NCBI GenBank assembly: GCA_027317865.1
Contig: DAHVQG010000004.1
Location: 1-64,000 of the forward strand
DNA length: 64,000 nucleotides
Origin: Bdellovibrionales bacterium
Lineage (GTDB): Bacteria > Bdellovibrionota > Bdellovibrionia > Bdellovibrionales > UBA1609
Reading direction: 5' to 3'
Both the position numbers and the translations under genes were made by a program. The notes below the pieces were generated by a model, which worked only from the letters and a program-made list of their open reading frames with translations, made no database searches and had not been told where the DNA came from. Positions 18,719 through 27,745 of this stretch are shown here, in pieces; position 1 is the first letter of the stretch; every line of letters begins with the position of its first letter.

Positions 18719-20641
18719 CTAGTGGTTTTCATGCAACAGTTGAACCAGATCCGCAGCAATTTGTACCGCTTCACGGGTGTTCTGTTTGTATGAGGTATAG
18801 ATTGGATGCTGTGCAAGTTGGTTCTTTGCCTTCTGTTTAAGGGTCAAAATGACCGAATTTATGCTGGGAATAAGCGTTTCTTTTAGCGCGTCGTCAAACC
18901 CGCTTGCAGGCGAAAGATCAAACGGTTCTATAACGCCAGAAAAATTGCGTTCACGGGGACGAGCTCCGTCGGCGTTCACCTCATCATTTGGTAAGACAAT
19001 ATCCGGAGAAATGCCTACTATTTGTGGCGTGCGCCCGGCAGGGGTAAAAAATAGGTTCGTCGTTAACTTCAACATGCCATTACCGCGAAGATCGATACCA
19101 TTTTGTGCACTGCCCTTACCGTATGTTGACTCGCTTCCAATCACAATCGCGCGCTGGTAATCTTGCAATGCCCCGGCCAATGCTTCTGAAGCACTTGCCG
19201 AATAACTGTCCGTTAAAACCACGAGTGGCCCCAACCAAACTGGATTATTTTCTGGTGAAATGCGCAAAACTTCGACGCGCAAATGACCATTTGAATCACG
19301 ATGGGCCAACTGCAGTGCGGGACCGCTTTTTATGAATATACCCAGCACTTTTATCATTTCGTCGATCAACCCGCCGGGATTATCTCGAAGGTCAAGAATA
19401 ACCGCGCTGATTTTATGATGTTGAAGCGTCTCTTCGAGAGCTTGCCGCAACTGATCGCCCATACCATGATAAAATCCGTCGAAGCGAACACGCGCGATCT
19501 CACCTTGTGGCGTTGAAGATAAATCGATTTTTATTTTTGACTCAGCGAGCGAAATTGCTTCGCGGGTAACTGTCTTCTCGAACGATTGGGCACCCCGCTG
19601 AACGCGCACGGTAACAGTTGAACCGGCGGGTCCATTTAAGTAAAGATCCATTGGCTCTTGTGCGGACCGCAACAAGTACCAACTCCCTTTCTTTTTACCG
19701 GCAAGAAGCGGATCTGCGACGTGGGTAATCACATCGCCCGATTTAAGCCCAGCCTTTTCAGCGGGCGACCCCGACAAAATTTTGAAGATCTTCAGCCCGT
19801 TGAAGTGTTCAAAAGATTTAATTCCGATTCCTGAAATTTGGCCGCTCATTCTAATCTGATGCATTGTTGCTTCGATTGGTGACTCCAGCATGGAATGCGG
19901 GTCAAAAGCGCCGATGTAAGCTTTTGCAATGAGTAGCGACATCCCCTCAGCATTGAGTGTTTGCATGAAACTAACAATTCCACGTCTTACCGTTCGAATC
20001 GCCATTACAAAGGCTTCCGGTTGCGTATAACCTCGATAAAAATAAAATTTTGCCCACCATGCAAACAAATCGAGATAGCGGCTCTCAATCTGAGCTTCAT
20101 CTTTAGGCGGTGAGGTATTCATAGCATTCGGCTGATTATTTATTTGCTGAAGTACACGATCGCGAAACGGCTTTTCGCTTAGAAATTTTTTGTTGAGTAA
20201 ATAAAGTCGATTTACTGCGGTTTTGGCTATGCCGAGAAAAATCTCACGATCACCTTCAGAAAACAAATTGGTTTGAACGGCTTCAAGGTCGGTCTCAGGC
20301 ATGTGCGCCAGCGTTTCGCGCTCCTGCGCGGTGAGCGTTACGTGCAGAGGATCGACCAAATTCATAAAATTGATAATAGCTCTTTGTGTGATTGCCGGCG
20401 TGATCGCGCGAACCGATACGTGATTTTTAAGCGCTTCTTGAATCAGTCCAAGCTCGGGCAAAGATTGGCGAAGTTTGAGACTTGCCCTCAATATTTGCGA
20501 ACACGGTTTGCCGCTACTTACCGTCGTGCGAGCGGTGCTGTCCGCGTAAGCGCCGTCCCCGCGGGCAGCGGCTCGTCCTTGAACCGAAACAACGAGTAGA
20601 CTCGCAACAGCAGTTGCAAGTATGACCTTCAGTTGTTTCAT
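18719..20641 (-). CDS. C-terminal processing protease, S41 family (Prc/CtpA-like) with PDZ domain
   Basis: DPHS, PDZ (GIGI...GSPAEKAGLKSGD), LDLRDNPGG, SASASE (Ser), TYGKGS (Lys). Confidence 0.93.
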   Translation of the reverse strand: MKQLKVILATAVASLLVVSVQGRAAARGDGAYADSTARTTVSSGKPCSQILRASLKLRQSLPELGLIQEALKNHVSVRAITPAITQRAIINFMNLVDPLHVTLTAQERETLAHMPETDLEAVQTNLFSEGDREIFLGIAKTAVNRLYLLNKKFLSEKPFRDRVLQQINNQPNAMNTSPPKDEAQIESRYLDLFAWWAKFYFYRGYTQPEAFVMAIRTVRRGIVSFMQTLNAEGMSLLIAKAYIGAFDPHSMLESPIEATMHQIRMSGQISGIGIKSFEHFNGLKIFKILSGSPAEKAGLKSGDVITHVADPLLAGKKKGSWYLLRSAQEPMDLYLNGPAGSTVTVRVQRGAQSFEKTVTREAISLAESKIKIDLSSTPQGEIARVRFDGFYHGMGDQLRQALEETLQHHKISAVILDLRDNPGGLIDEMIKVLGIFIKSGPALQLAHRDSNGHLRVEVLRISPENNPVWLGPLVVLTDSYSASASEALAGALQDYQRAIVIGSESTYGKGSAQNGIDLRGNGMLKLTTNLFFTPAGRTPQIVGISPDIVLPNDEVNADGARPRERNFSGVIEPFDLSPASGFDDALKETLIPSINSVILTLKQKAKNQLAQHPIYTSYKQNTREAVQIAADLVQLLHENH

Positions 20642-20830
20642 CCCCCAGCCCCCTATTGATTCGCTTTTTGCTATCGCCCGTTTTGTGAACCGAGCGAAAA
20701 TCCCCTTGGCAAATTAATCAGCAATTGCAAGTGCCCCAACCATACGTAGCAAATTGAGCGGTTGCAAAAAAACCGGGCATTTTTGTTTTAAAAATAGCTG
20801 TACTTACGGTAAACCGTGAATTTCTAACAG

Positions 20831-20851
20831 TAAGACATAAATTATGTCTTA
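20831..20851. promoter_or_regulatory. Perfect palindrome TAAGACATAA-A-TTATGTCTTA
   Basis: 10-bp arms with a 1-nt spacer, between the FN3 gene and the S41 protease gene. Confidence 0.45.
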
Positions 20852-20885
20852 TGGCTGGCTCTTAAAGTCTCTAATGGAGGGCTTT

Positions 20886-21395
20886 TTAAAGCTTGCTGAA
20901 TTTTTTTGGTTCAGATTGCGCTATCCGACCGGGGCCACGAGAAAAATCGACGTGAGCCAAGGCACACGGCGACAGGTTTTTTGTCGCAACCGGAGTTGAG
21001 TATCCGCTTTCGGTACCGATCGTATTGTAGGCCGTCATGACAAAGTAATAGGTGGCAGGCGCTAAATTTAAAATAGTCTCTTTGCCCGCACATCGATCTG
21101 GAACATTAATTTCATGAACAAAACTGCCTGCTGCCGTACCGTAATAGATATTGAAACCGGCAAGATTTGTTAGAGGCGAACCATCTGTGTTGGTTGTTGG
21201 AGCAGTCCATGTCACTTGCACTTGAGTTACGCACGCGGTGGGGTTTGTCACAGGCGCGGCAAATACCGTTTCACTCGTTTTAGCCAAGCAAAGACTTTGC
21301 CCGGTTGCACCGGCACCGCTTGACGTTGAATTAAACCCGCTGCAGCCCGCAAGCGCTATTACACTTGTACAGATAATGATTGAAAAAATTTTCAT
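20886..21395 (-). CDS. Fibronectin type III domain lipoprotein
   Basis: Lipobox LAGC; VTWTAPTTNTDGSPLTNLAGFNIYYGT...NLAPATYYFVMTAY; GGAG before ATG 21395. Confidence 0.88.
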   Translation of the reverse strand: MKIFSIIICTSVIALAGCSGFNSTSSGAGATGQSLCLAKTSETVFAAPVTNPTACVTQVQVTWTAPTTNTDGSPLTNLAGFNIYYGTAAGSFVHEINVPDRCAGKETILNLAPATYYFVMTAYNTIGTESGYSTPVATKNLSPCALAHVDFSRGPGRIAQSEPKKFSKL

Positions 21396-21446
21396 TTGCT
21401 TCTCCGTGCGTAGGGTTGACCTCATATCACGATTCAGCGGGCAATT

Positions 21447-22700
21447 CTAGTTTTTGCTATTTGACTCAACCTCAAGTTCACGCAAATTGAGCGCGCGCAA
21501 TGCCGGCGCCAACGCGACTGTGGTCGCGACGGTAATGAGACAAACGACCCCGCCAAAAACAGCCGCCGGGATCGTACCCATAATTTTCGCTGCGACTCCG
21601 GATTCAAACTCTCCAAGTTCGTTGGATGAGCCGATAAAAACGGCATTGACTGATGAGATCCGTCCGCGCATTTCATCGGGCGAAGACAGTTGTACAGTGG
21701 TACCGCGAATCACCATACTGATGCTGTCGAAACCACCGATAAAAAACATGGCGATGAGTGACAGAGCATAATTGTGGCTTACGGCAAAGACGATTGTTGA
21801 AACTCCAAATCCCGCCACGGCGGCAAACAACCACCGGCCGGCCTTATGGCGAAATTCGATTCGCGTAAGCAAAAACCCGACCAACACCGCGCCCACCGCA
21901 GGGGCCGCTCGCAAGTAGCCCAAACCTTGTGGGCCGACGTGCAAAATCTCGGCGGCATAAATTGGCAAAAGGGCGGTCACTCCGCCAAAAAAAACAGATA
22001 TCATGTCAAGCGACATAGCGGGCAATAAAAGTTTGTGGCGAAAAACAAACTTCACCCCGGTAAAAAGCTCGTTAAGCGATGACCGCGAGTTAAGCTTCGC
22101 GCGCGGATTTGCCGCTGCTAAATTTTTTCGAATAAACAACGCGACAACCATGGCAATCAGTACAAACACGCACGCCACGGCAGACGCGCTGAAAACTCCA
22201 ACATAAGCGTAAAGCAGACCGCCGATCGCCGGACCAATTATCCGCGCGGCCTGAGTGCTTGTCGTCAGGTAAGTGACATAGCGTGAATAATTTTGCCTCG
22301 GCAAAATTCGCGGCATAATGGCGTATACTGACGGCATGTTAAAGGCTCGTGCGCCTCCGCTGATAAGCGCCGACGCAAATAACGCCCAAACTTCAATTGA
22401 ATGTGCCAAATGAAATTCGTGCACCTGCGAAAGAGCCAAAACCAAACATGAAAGAAAGCCGACGGCCAAAACGCCGCGGTAAATATTAAGCGGCTTGTGC
22501 CGATCGACGAACATCCCCGCTGGCAGCGCCAAAATCAGAGCAGGAATGGCTTCAGCTAGCCCGATAAAACCCAAATACAACGGGTTTTTTGTAATGTCGT
22601 ACATATGCCAGCCCAGAATGATCGTCTGAATTTGAACGGCGATAATAAACAGAAATCGCGCAGTCAAAAGTTTGAAAAAATCGGAAAATTGCGAATTCAT
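21447..22700 (-). CDS. MFS transporter (EntS/H+ antiporter-like)
   Basis: 12 TM; GLAEAIP, LDMISVFFGG, MRGRISSVN..FIGSSNELGEFESG. Confidence 0.9.
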   Translation of the reverse strand: MNSQFSDFFKLLTARFLFIIAVQIQTIILGWHMYDITKNPLYLGFIGLAEAIPALILALPAGMFVDRHKPLNIYRGVLAVGFLSCLVLALSQVHEFHLAHSIEVWALFASALISGGARAFNMPSVYAIMPRILPRQNYSRYVTYLTTSTQAARIIGPAIGGLLYAYVGVFSASAVACVFVLIAMVVALFIRKNLAAANPRAKLNSRSSLNELFTGVKFVFRHKLLLPAMSLDMISVFFGGVTALLPIYAAEILHVGPQGLGYLRAAPAVGAVLVGFLLTRIEFRHKAGRWLFAAVAGFGVSTIVFAVSHNYALSLIAMFFIGGFDSISMVIRGTTVQLSSPDEMRGRISSVNAVFIGSSNELGEFESGVAAKIMGTIPAAVFGGVVCLITVATTVALAPALRALNLRELEVESNSKN

Positions 22701-23728
22701 CGGGCGGCACGGCGGGCGCCGGTTTCTCCGTCATAAAGATTGTTCAGTTCACGCTGTAGAATTCCATCGCGAAGCGCGATGTCGGTAACAAGAACGGACC
22801 GCATATTGAGCGCCAACATCACTTCTTCAAGAAGAATCGCGCCCGGTAAAATCAAATCTAGACGACGCGGTTCAAGTCCCGGCAATTTTAACAACTGTGA
22901 GCGCGTCATCGTTTGCATTTCGCTAATTAAAGCGCTGAGGTCGGACCGGTGTATGGGTCGGTTCGATCGGCCCAACTTTTTTAATATTTTACCAATTGTG
23001 CGAATCGTACCGCTGGAACCAATTAAAGTTTTGACGGCGTACTTCTCGCGCAACACAGTTAGCGAATGAAGTGAATCTTTGAGATGTTGTCTGAGCGCCA
23101 GTACCGGATTCAATTGCCCGCGCTTGTGAATCGGCGGCACGGTTTTTAGGTACATTTGCCACAGGCGGTTGGCGCCTAATTGATAACTTTGGCAACTCAA
23201 AAGTCTTTTGCCGTTGGCGAGTGAAATTTCGGTGCTCCCGCCGCCGATGTCTACCATCGCAAATACACCTTTGGGAGTCGGCAAACTCGACATAATCCCG
23301 CACGCGATAAGACGGCCTTCTTCTTGGCCGCTAATTATTTGAATCGAAATGTGCGTACGCTTTCGGATCTCGTCTAGAAACTCGCGGGAATTCTTAGCCG
23401 AACGCAAAGCGCTTGTGCCGAATGCAATCACATGATCGACGTGCGACTCGGCCAACTGGCGCCGAATCGCATAAAAGGCATGCAGTGCGCGATTCATTGC
23501 CTCTTGAGTCAGCTCACCCGATTGAAACACGCCGTCGCCGAGACGAATCATGCGCTTACCGCGATGCAAGCGCTCGATACGTTTTCCGTTAATGCGATAG
23601 ATATCGCAGCGGACTGAATTGGTACCGAGATCGATAATTGCGATACGCAGCGGAGAAATATTAAGTCTACGCGTACGCTTTTTTTTAGTTTTCAGATTTT
23701 TTTCAAATGCGTTGGTTGCAGAAAACAT
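22697..23728 (-). CDS. ppx: Ppx/GppA family exopolyphosphatase (short form)
   Basis: IDLGTNS, GTSALR, ISGQEEG, DIGGGSTE, LRDG; start uncertain (ATG 23728 or CTG 23695). Confidence 0.9.
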   Translation of the reverse strand: MFSATNAFEKNLKTKKKRTRRLNISPLRIAIIDLGTNSVRCDIYRINGKRIERLHRGKRMIRLGDGVFQSGELTQEAMNRALHAFYAIRRQLAESHVDHVIAFGTSALRSAKNSREFLDEIRKRTHISIQIISGQEEGRLIACGIMSSLPTPKGVFAMVDIGGGSTEISLANGKRLLSCQSYQLGANRLWQMYLKTVPPIHKRGQLNPVLALRQHLKDSLHSLTVLREKYAVKTLIGSSGTIRTIGKILKKLGRSNRPIHRSDLSALISEMQTMTRSQLLKLPGLEPRRLDLILPGAILLEEVMLALNMRSVLVTDIALRDGILQRELNNLYDGETGARRAAR

Positions 23729-24207
23729 GTCAACCGTCCCCGACCTTTTTCAATTTCGCCTTCAAACTCCACAAGTGCGATCGCCCCTTTAGATATATCG
23801 AACGATTCATGCCCCCTGCCCGTCAAGATGAAACTCAAAAACCGGCCGAGGTGCGGTTCGTGCCCGACCATAACCAAGATTTTTTGCGCTTTAAAAGTTT
23901 TGACTTTTTCAACAGTCACCTCGGGAGCGGTTAACGGTTTGAGCTCGTCCACTTGAACCAACCGCAGACGCTTAGGTCGAGCGCGCGCGGACTTTTCTTG
24001 TAAAATCTCGGCCGTTTCAAGCGCCCGAACAAGAGGCGAAGTCAGAATCAAATCCGCGTTTTTAAACAAAAATCGCATACGGCGCGCGAGCAGCTTCGCC
24101 TGATTCCGGCCTTTTTTCGACAGCGGGCGATCTTCATCGGGCCTTCCTGTCCGCCGCCATTTCAAACGATCACCGGCATCGGCGTGACGTACAAGTACGA
24201 GTTTCAT
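23692..24207 (-). CDS. sixA: Phosphohistidine phosphatase SixA
   Basis: LVRHADA, RPLSKKG, TSPLVRALETA, VGHEP. Confidence 0.88.
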   Translation of the reverse strand: MKLVLVRHADAGDRLKWRRTGRPDEDRPLSKKGRNQAKLLARRMRFLFKNADLILTSPLVRALETAEILQEKSARARPKRLRLVQVDELKPLTAPEVTVEKVKTFKAQKILVMVGHEPHLGRFLSFILTGRGHESFDISKGAIALVEFEGEIEKGRGRLTCFLQPTHLKKI

Positions 24208-26306
24208 CGCGTACTTTTATCGGCTATGACGAGACTACCGTGCAACCGCCCAAGTTCTTCTTGCACTCCGCGCTCGCCAGATGTTTCAGGTTTTCGAAGC
24301 GTGTACTCGCCGTTCGGCTCTAACTCCCAAGTTTGTACGCGATCGTTCAAAATCATTTGTAGCACTTGCCACAAATATTGTTTACACGCAGCCTCGTCGA
24401 TCGGAACAACGGCTTCAATTCGGTTGTTTAAATTGCGGTACATCCAATCCGCCGAACCGATCATAAATTTGCCGTCAATCGGGTCTTTCGATCCTCGCTT
24501 GAAATAATAAATTCGGGAATGTTCTAGAAAACGGCCCACCACCGAAAAAACGCGAATGTTTTCGCTTAATCCCGGAACATGCGGGCGAAGCGTGCATAAA
24601 CCGCGAACGATCAGATCAATTTTGACGCCTGCCTGAGAAGCTTCGTAGAGCGCATCGCAAACCTCCCGGTCTTCAAAGCTATTCATTTTTGCTAAAATGT
24701 AGCCACCTTCGCCGGTTTTTTGAAATTCGATTTCTTTTTTTATCAATTGCAAAAAGCGTTTTCGCATGTTGATCGGCGCGACCAATAATTTTTGATAATT
24801 TTTTTTGAGACTGAGCCCGGTCAAATAATTAAAAACTTCGATAACTTCGGTGCCTATTCGCTTATCGGCGGTAAACAAACTCAAGTCCGTATAAAGTTTG
24901 GCGGTATTCGGATTATAGTTACCGGAGCTGATGTGTGAGTAGAACCGATAATTCTCCCCTTCTTTTCTAATTATGAGCATAATTTTGGAGTGCACTTTTT
25001 TGTCTTCAACTCCATAAATTACGTGCACGCCCGCATCTTCGAGCATCTCACCCCAGTACATATTACGAGCTTCGTCAAAACGCGCCTTGAGCTCCAGAAT
25101 GCATACGACTTGTTTGCCCTTTTGCGCCGCAGTTATGAGCATTGGAATGATGGGATTGTTTTCGCCGGCTCGGTACAAAGTAATTTTGATGGCTAACACT
25201 GCCGGATCATTTACGGCCTCTCTAACAAATCTCTCAACGCTATCCGGAAAGCTTTCGTACGGATAATGAACCAAAATGTCACGGTCCCGAATCGCCGAGA
25301 AGACATCCCGGTCATCATCCCTATAGACGCTCGGGCGCACCGGCACGCAAGGGGCATAACGCAAAGACGCGATGTTGAGATTGGCCACTTCGCTCAGTGA
25401 GTGATAGCTAATCTCCCCGCAATTTTCGTATAAGTCGTCATTGGTTAGTTTAAGTTCGTCGCGCAAATAATGGAGCATCGTACGATCGGCAACCGGACCG
25501 TGTTCGAGCCGTACAATCTGTGCGACCCGGCGCAAACGCAATTCTTCTTCTACGGTATCAAACCGGTCTTCGACATCGTCACTCATGTCGCCGACATCGG
25601 CGTTCCGGGTCACTCGAAACGGCATCACGTGCTCAATAAGCATCTCCGGAAATAGTTCGCTCAAATTCGCCGCAATCAAATCAATCAGACGAATCAGGCG
25701 ATAGCCTCGCTCCCCGCTCGAATGAATTTGAACCCACTGTGGTAATACTTCAGGAATTTTCACGCGTGCAAAAAGCTGCTCAAAGGTTTTCGGCCGCTTC
25801 AATACGATTCCCAAAGAAACAGATAAATTCGAAAGAAACGGAAAAGGGTGCGATTTGTCGACTGCCAGAGGGGTGAGAATCGGAAAAACTTTGTTCGTAA
25901 AATATTCGCCCGCCCATTTTTTTTCAACGTCAGTGAGCTCTTGCCATTTGAGAAAAAATATTTTCTGCTTTTCAAGCTCGGGCAAAAGCTTTTCATAAGT
26001 TTGCCGCATCAATTCGCCATGACGAACAACAGTGGCCCGAATTTCACTAAAAAGCTGCTGGCCCGTGAGCGGCTGCGGCCCAATATCAGCTATCGGCTTT
26101 TCACTCTGGCCTCGCAACGAGCTGATCCGTTTCATGAAAAATTCATCGAGATTTGTTGAAAAGATTGAAAGAAAGCGCAGCCGCTCGAGCAGTGGCACGC
26201 GATGATCCTGGGCCAAATTTAAGACGCGCTCATTGAATTTCAACCAGCTGAGGTCCCGGTTGAAAAACTTAAAATCCGTGCCGATGACAAGTTTTGTGTC
26301 GGTCAT
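24204..26306 (-). CDS. ppk1: Polyphosphate kinase 1
   Basis: NRDLSWLKFNERV, NLDEFFMKR, HYPYESF, ELKARFDE, GRFLEHSR, GSADWM; ATGA overlap with purF. Confidence 0.96.
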   Translation of the reverse strand: MTDTKLVIGTDFKFFNRDLSWLKFNERVLNLAQDHRVPLLERLRFLSIFSTNLDEFFMKRISSLRGQSEKPIADIGPQPLTGQQLFSEIRATVVRHGELMRQTYEKLLPELEKQKIFFLKWQELTDVEKKWAGEYFTNKVFPILTPLAVDKSHPFPFLSNLSVSLGIVLKRPKTFEQLFARVKIPEVLPQWVQIHSSGERGYRLIRLIDLIAANLSELFPEMLIEHVMPFRVTRNADVGDMSDDVEDRFDTVEEELRLRRVAQIVRLEHGPVADRTMLHYLRDELKLTNDDLYENCGEISYHSLSEVANLNIASLRYAPCVPVRPSVYRDDDRDVFSAIRDRDILVHYPYESFPDSVERFVREAVNDPAVLAIKITLYRAGENNPIIPMLITAAQKGKQVVCILELKARFDEARNMYWGEMLEDAGVHVIYGVEDKKVHSKIMLIIRKEGENYRFYSHISSGNYNPNTAKLYTDLSLFTADKRIGTEVIEVFNYLTGLSLKKNYQKLLVAPINMRKRFLQLIKKEIEFQKTGEGGYILAKMNSFEDREVCDALYEASQAGVKIDLIVRGLCTLRPHVPGLSENIRVFSVVGRFLEHSRIYYFKRGSKDPIDGKFMIGSADWMYRNLNNRIEAVVPIDEAACKQYLWQVLQMILNDRVQTWELEPNGEYTLRKPETSGERGVQEELGRLHGSLVIADKSTR

Positions 26307-27745
26307 TGTTGATCGAGTCCGAATAAATCTGTTGGATATTTTCCGGTAAAACAAGCCGCGCAAAAACCTTGATTGTCGGCCCGAACGGCCCGCATAAGAC
26401 CGTCGTGAGAAAGGTAAGCCAAAGAGTCCGCTCCAATGTATTGTCGAATTTCTTCTATGCTCTTGGTCGCCGCAATCAGTTGCGCTCTTTTGGGAGTGTC
26501 GACCCCGTAAAAACACGAACCTATAGAAGGCGGCGAAGCTAAACGAAAGTGAACTTCGCGCGCGCCCGCATGACGGATGAGCTGGATGATTTTTTTCGAT
26601 GTTGTACCGCGTACGAGCGAATCGTCGACAACCACAACTCTTTTGCCCGCTAATATGTGAGCTTGCGCATTGAGTTTAATTTTTACGCCGAAACTGCGAA
26701 TACTTTGGCTCGGCTGAATGAAGGTGCGCCCGATGTAGTGATTACGTATTATACCGAGTTCAAACGGCAAACCGCTTTCGGAGCTAAACCCAAGCGCCGC
26801 CGGCACGCCACTATCCGGAACGGGAATCACTAAATCGGCATCGGCAGGGCTTTCTTTTGCCAGCTCACGGCCCATTGCTTTTCGCGATTCGTACACGCTG
26901 CGCCCAAACATAAGACTATCCGGACGCGCAAAATAAACGTGCTCAAACACACAGTGCGCGGTTTTAGCAACCGATTTTGGTAGCCGGTCGCTATGTTCAC
27001 CCGACTCGTCAACCCAAAAAATCTCACCCGGTTCAATTTCACGTACGTATTCGGCACCGATAAGATCAAAAGCGCAAGTTTCAGACGCAATAACGGTCGC
27101 CGGATTAGACTTTGCCCCATCCACATTTCGTCGCCTACCTAAAACAAGCGGGCGAAACCCGTACGGATCGCGCATGGCGACTAAACAATTATGAGATAGT
27201 ACAACTAAACTATACGCCCCCTCAAGTTCACGCGACGTTTCTTTGAGACTTGCGATCAAGTCCGTTGTCCCTTCATGCGGCCGTTTCGGATTAGATGATT
27301 GAGACAATAAATGCAAAATGACTTCAGTGTCGTTTGTACCTTGAAAGATGGCCCCCTTGGCAATCAACGATTCGCGAAGTGAGGCCGAGTTCACAATATT
27401 GCCGTTATGTGCGACTGCGATGGGGCCGGATCGCAAATTGGCGGTTAACGGCTGCGCGTTGGCGATTAAATTTTCGCCGGTAGTTGAATATCGATTGTGC
27501 CCTATGGCAGCTGTACCCTCGAGTCGCTGTAAATCTTCTTCTGAAAATACTTCGCCGACAAGTCCAAGCCCTTTGTGAACCATATGCGTCGGGCGATCTT
27601 CGGTAAAGCCCGACGTTTTGAGCGTCACAATTCCGCTGGATTCTTGGCCGCGGTGCTGTTGCGAATATAAACCTAAATAGGTCATTCGCCCGGCTTCATT
27701 GTCACCCCATATTCCAAATACGGCACATTCGTCATGAAAGGCCAA
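26303..27745 (-). CDS. purF: Amidophosphoribosyltransferase
   Basis: ECAVFG, QHRGQE, GHNRYST, VVVDDSLVRG, CAACF. Confidence 0.97.
   Translation of the reverse strand: MAFHDECAVFGIWGDNEAGRMTYLGLYSQQHRGQESSGIVTLKTSGFTEDRPTHMVHKGLGLVGEVFSEEDLQRLEGTAAIGHNRYSTTGENLIANAQPLTANLRSGPIAVAHNGNIVNSASLRESLIAKGAIFQGTNDTEVILHLLSQSSNPKRPHEGTTDLIASLKETSRELEGAYSLVVLSHNCLVAMRDPYGFRPLVLGRRRNVDGAKSNPATVIASETCAFDLIGAEYVREIEPGEIFWVDESGEHSDRLPKSVAKTAHCVFEHVYFARPDSLMFGRSVYESRKAMGRELAKESPADADLVIPVPDSGVPAALGFSSESGLPFELGIIRNHYIGRTFIQPSQSIRSFGVKIKLNAQAHILAGKRVVVVDDSLVRGTTSKKIIQLIRHAGAREVHFRLASPPSIGSCFYGVDTPKRAQLIAATKSIEEIRQYIGADSLAYLSHDGLMRAVRADNQGFCAACFTGKYPTDLFGLDQQ

Noticed and set aside
20715..20740. Sigma54 promoter GGCAC...TTGC upstream of the S41 protease
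   Set aside because: Spacing is GG-N11-GC rather than the required N10
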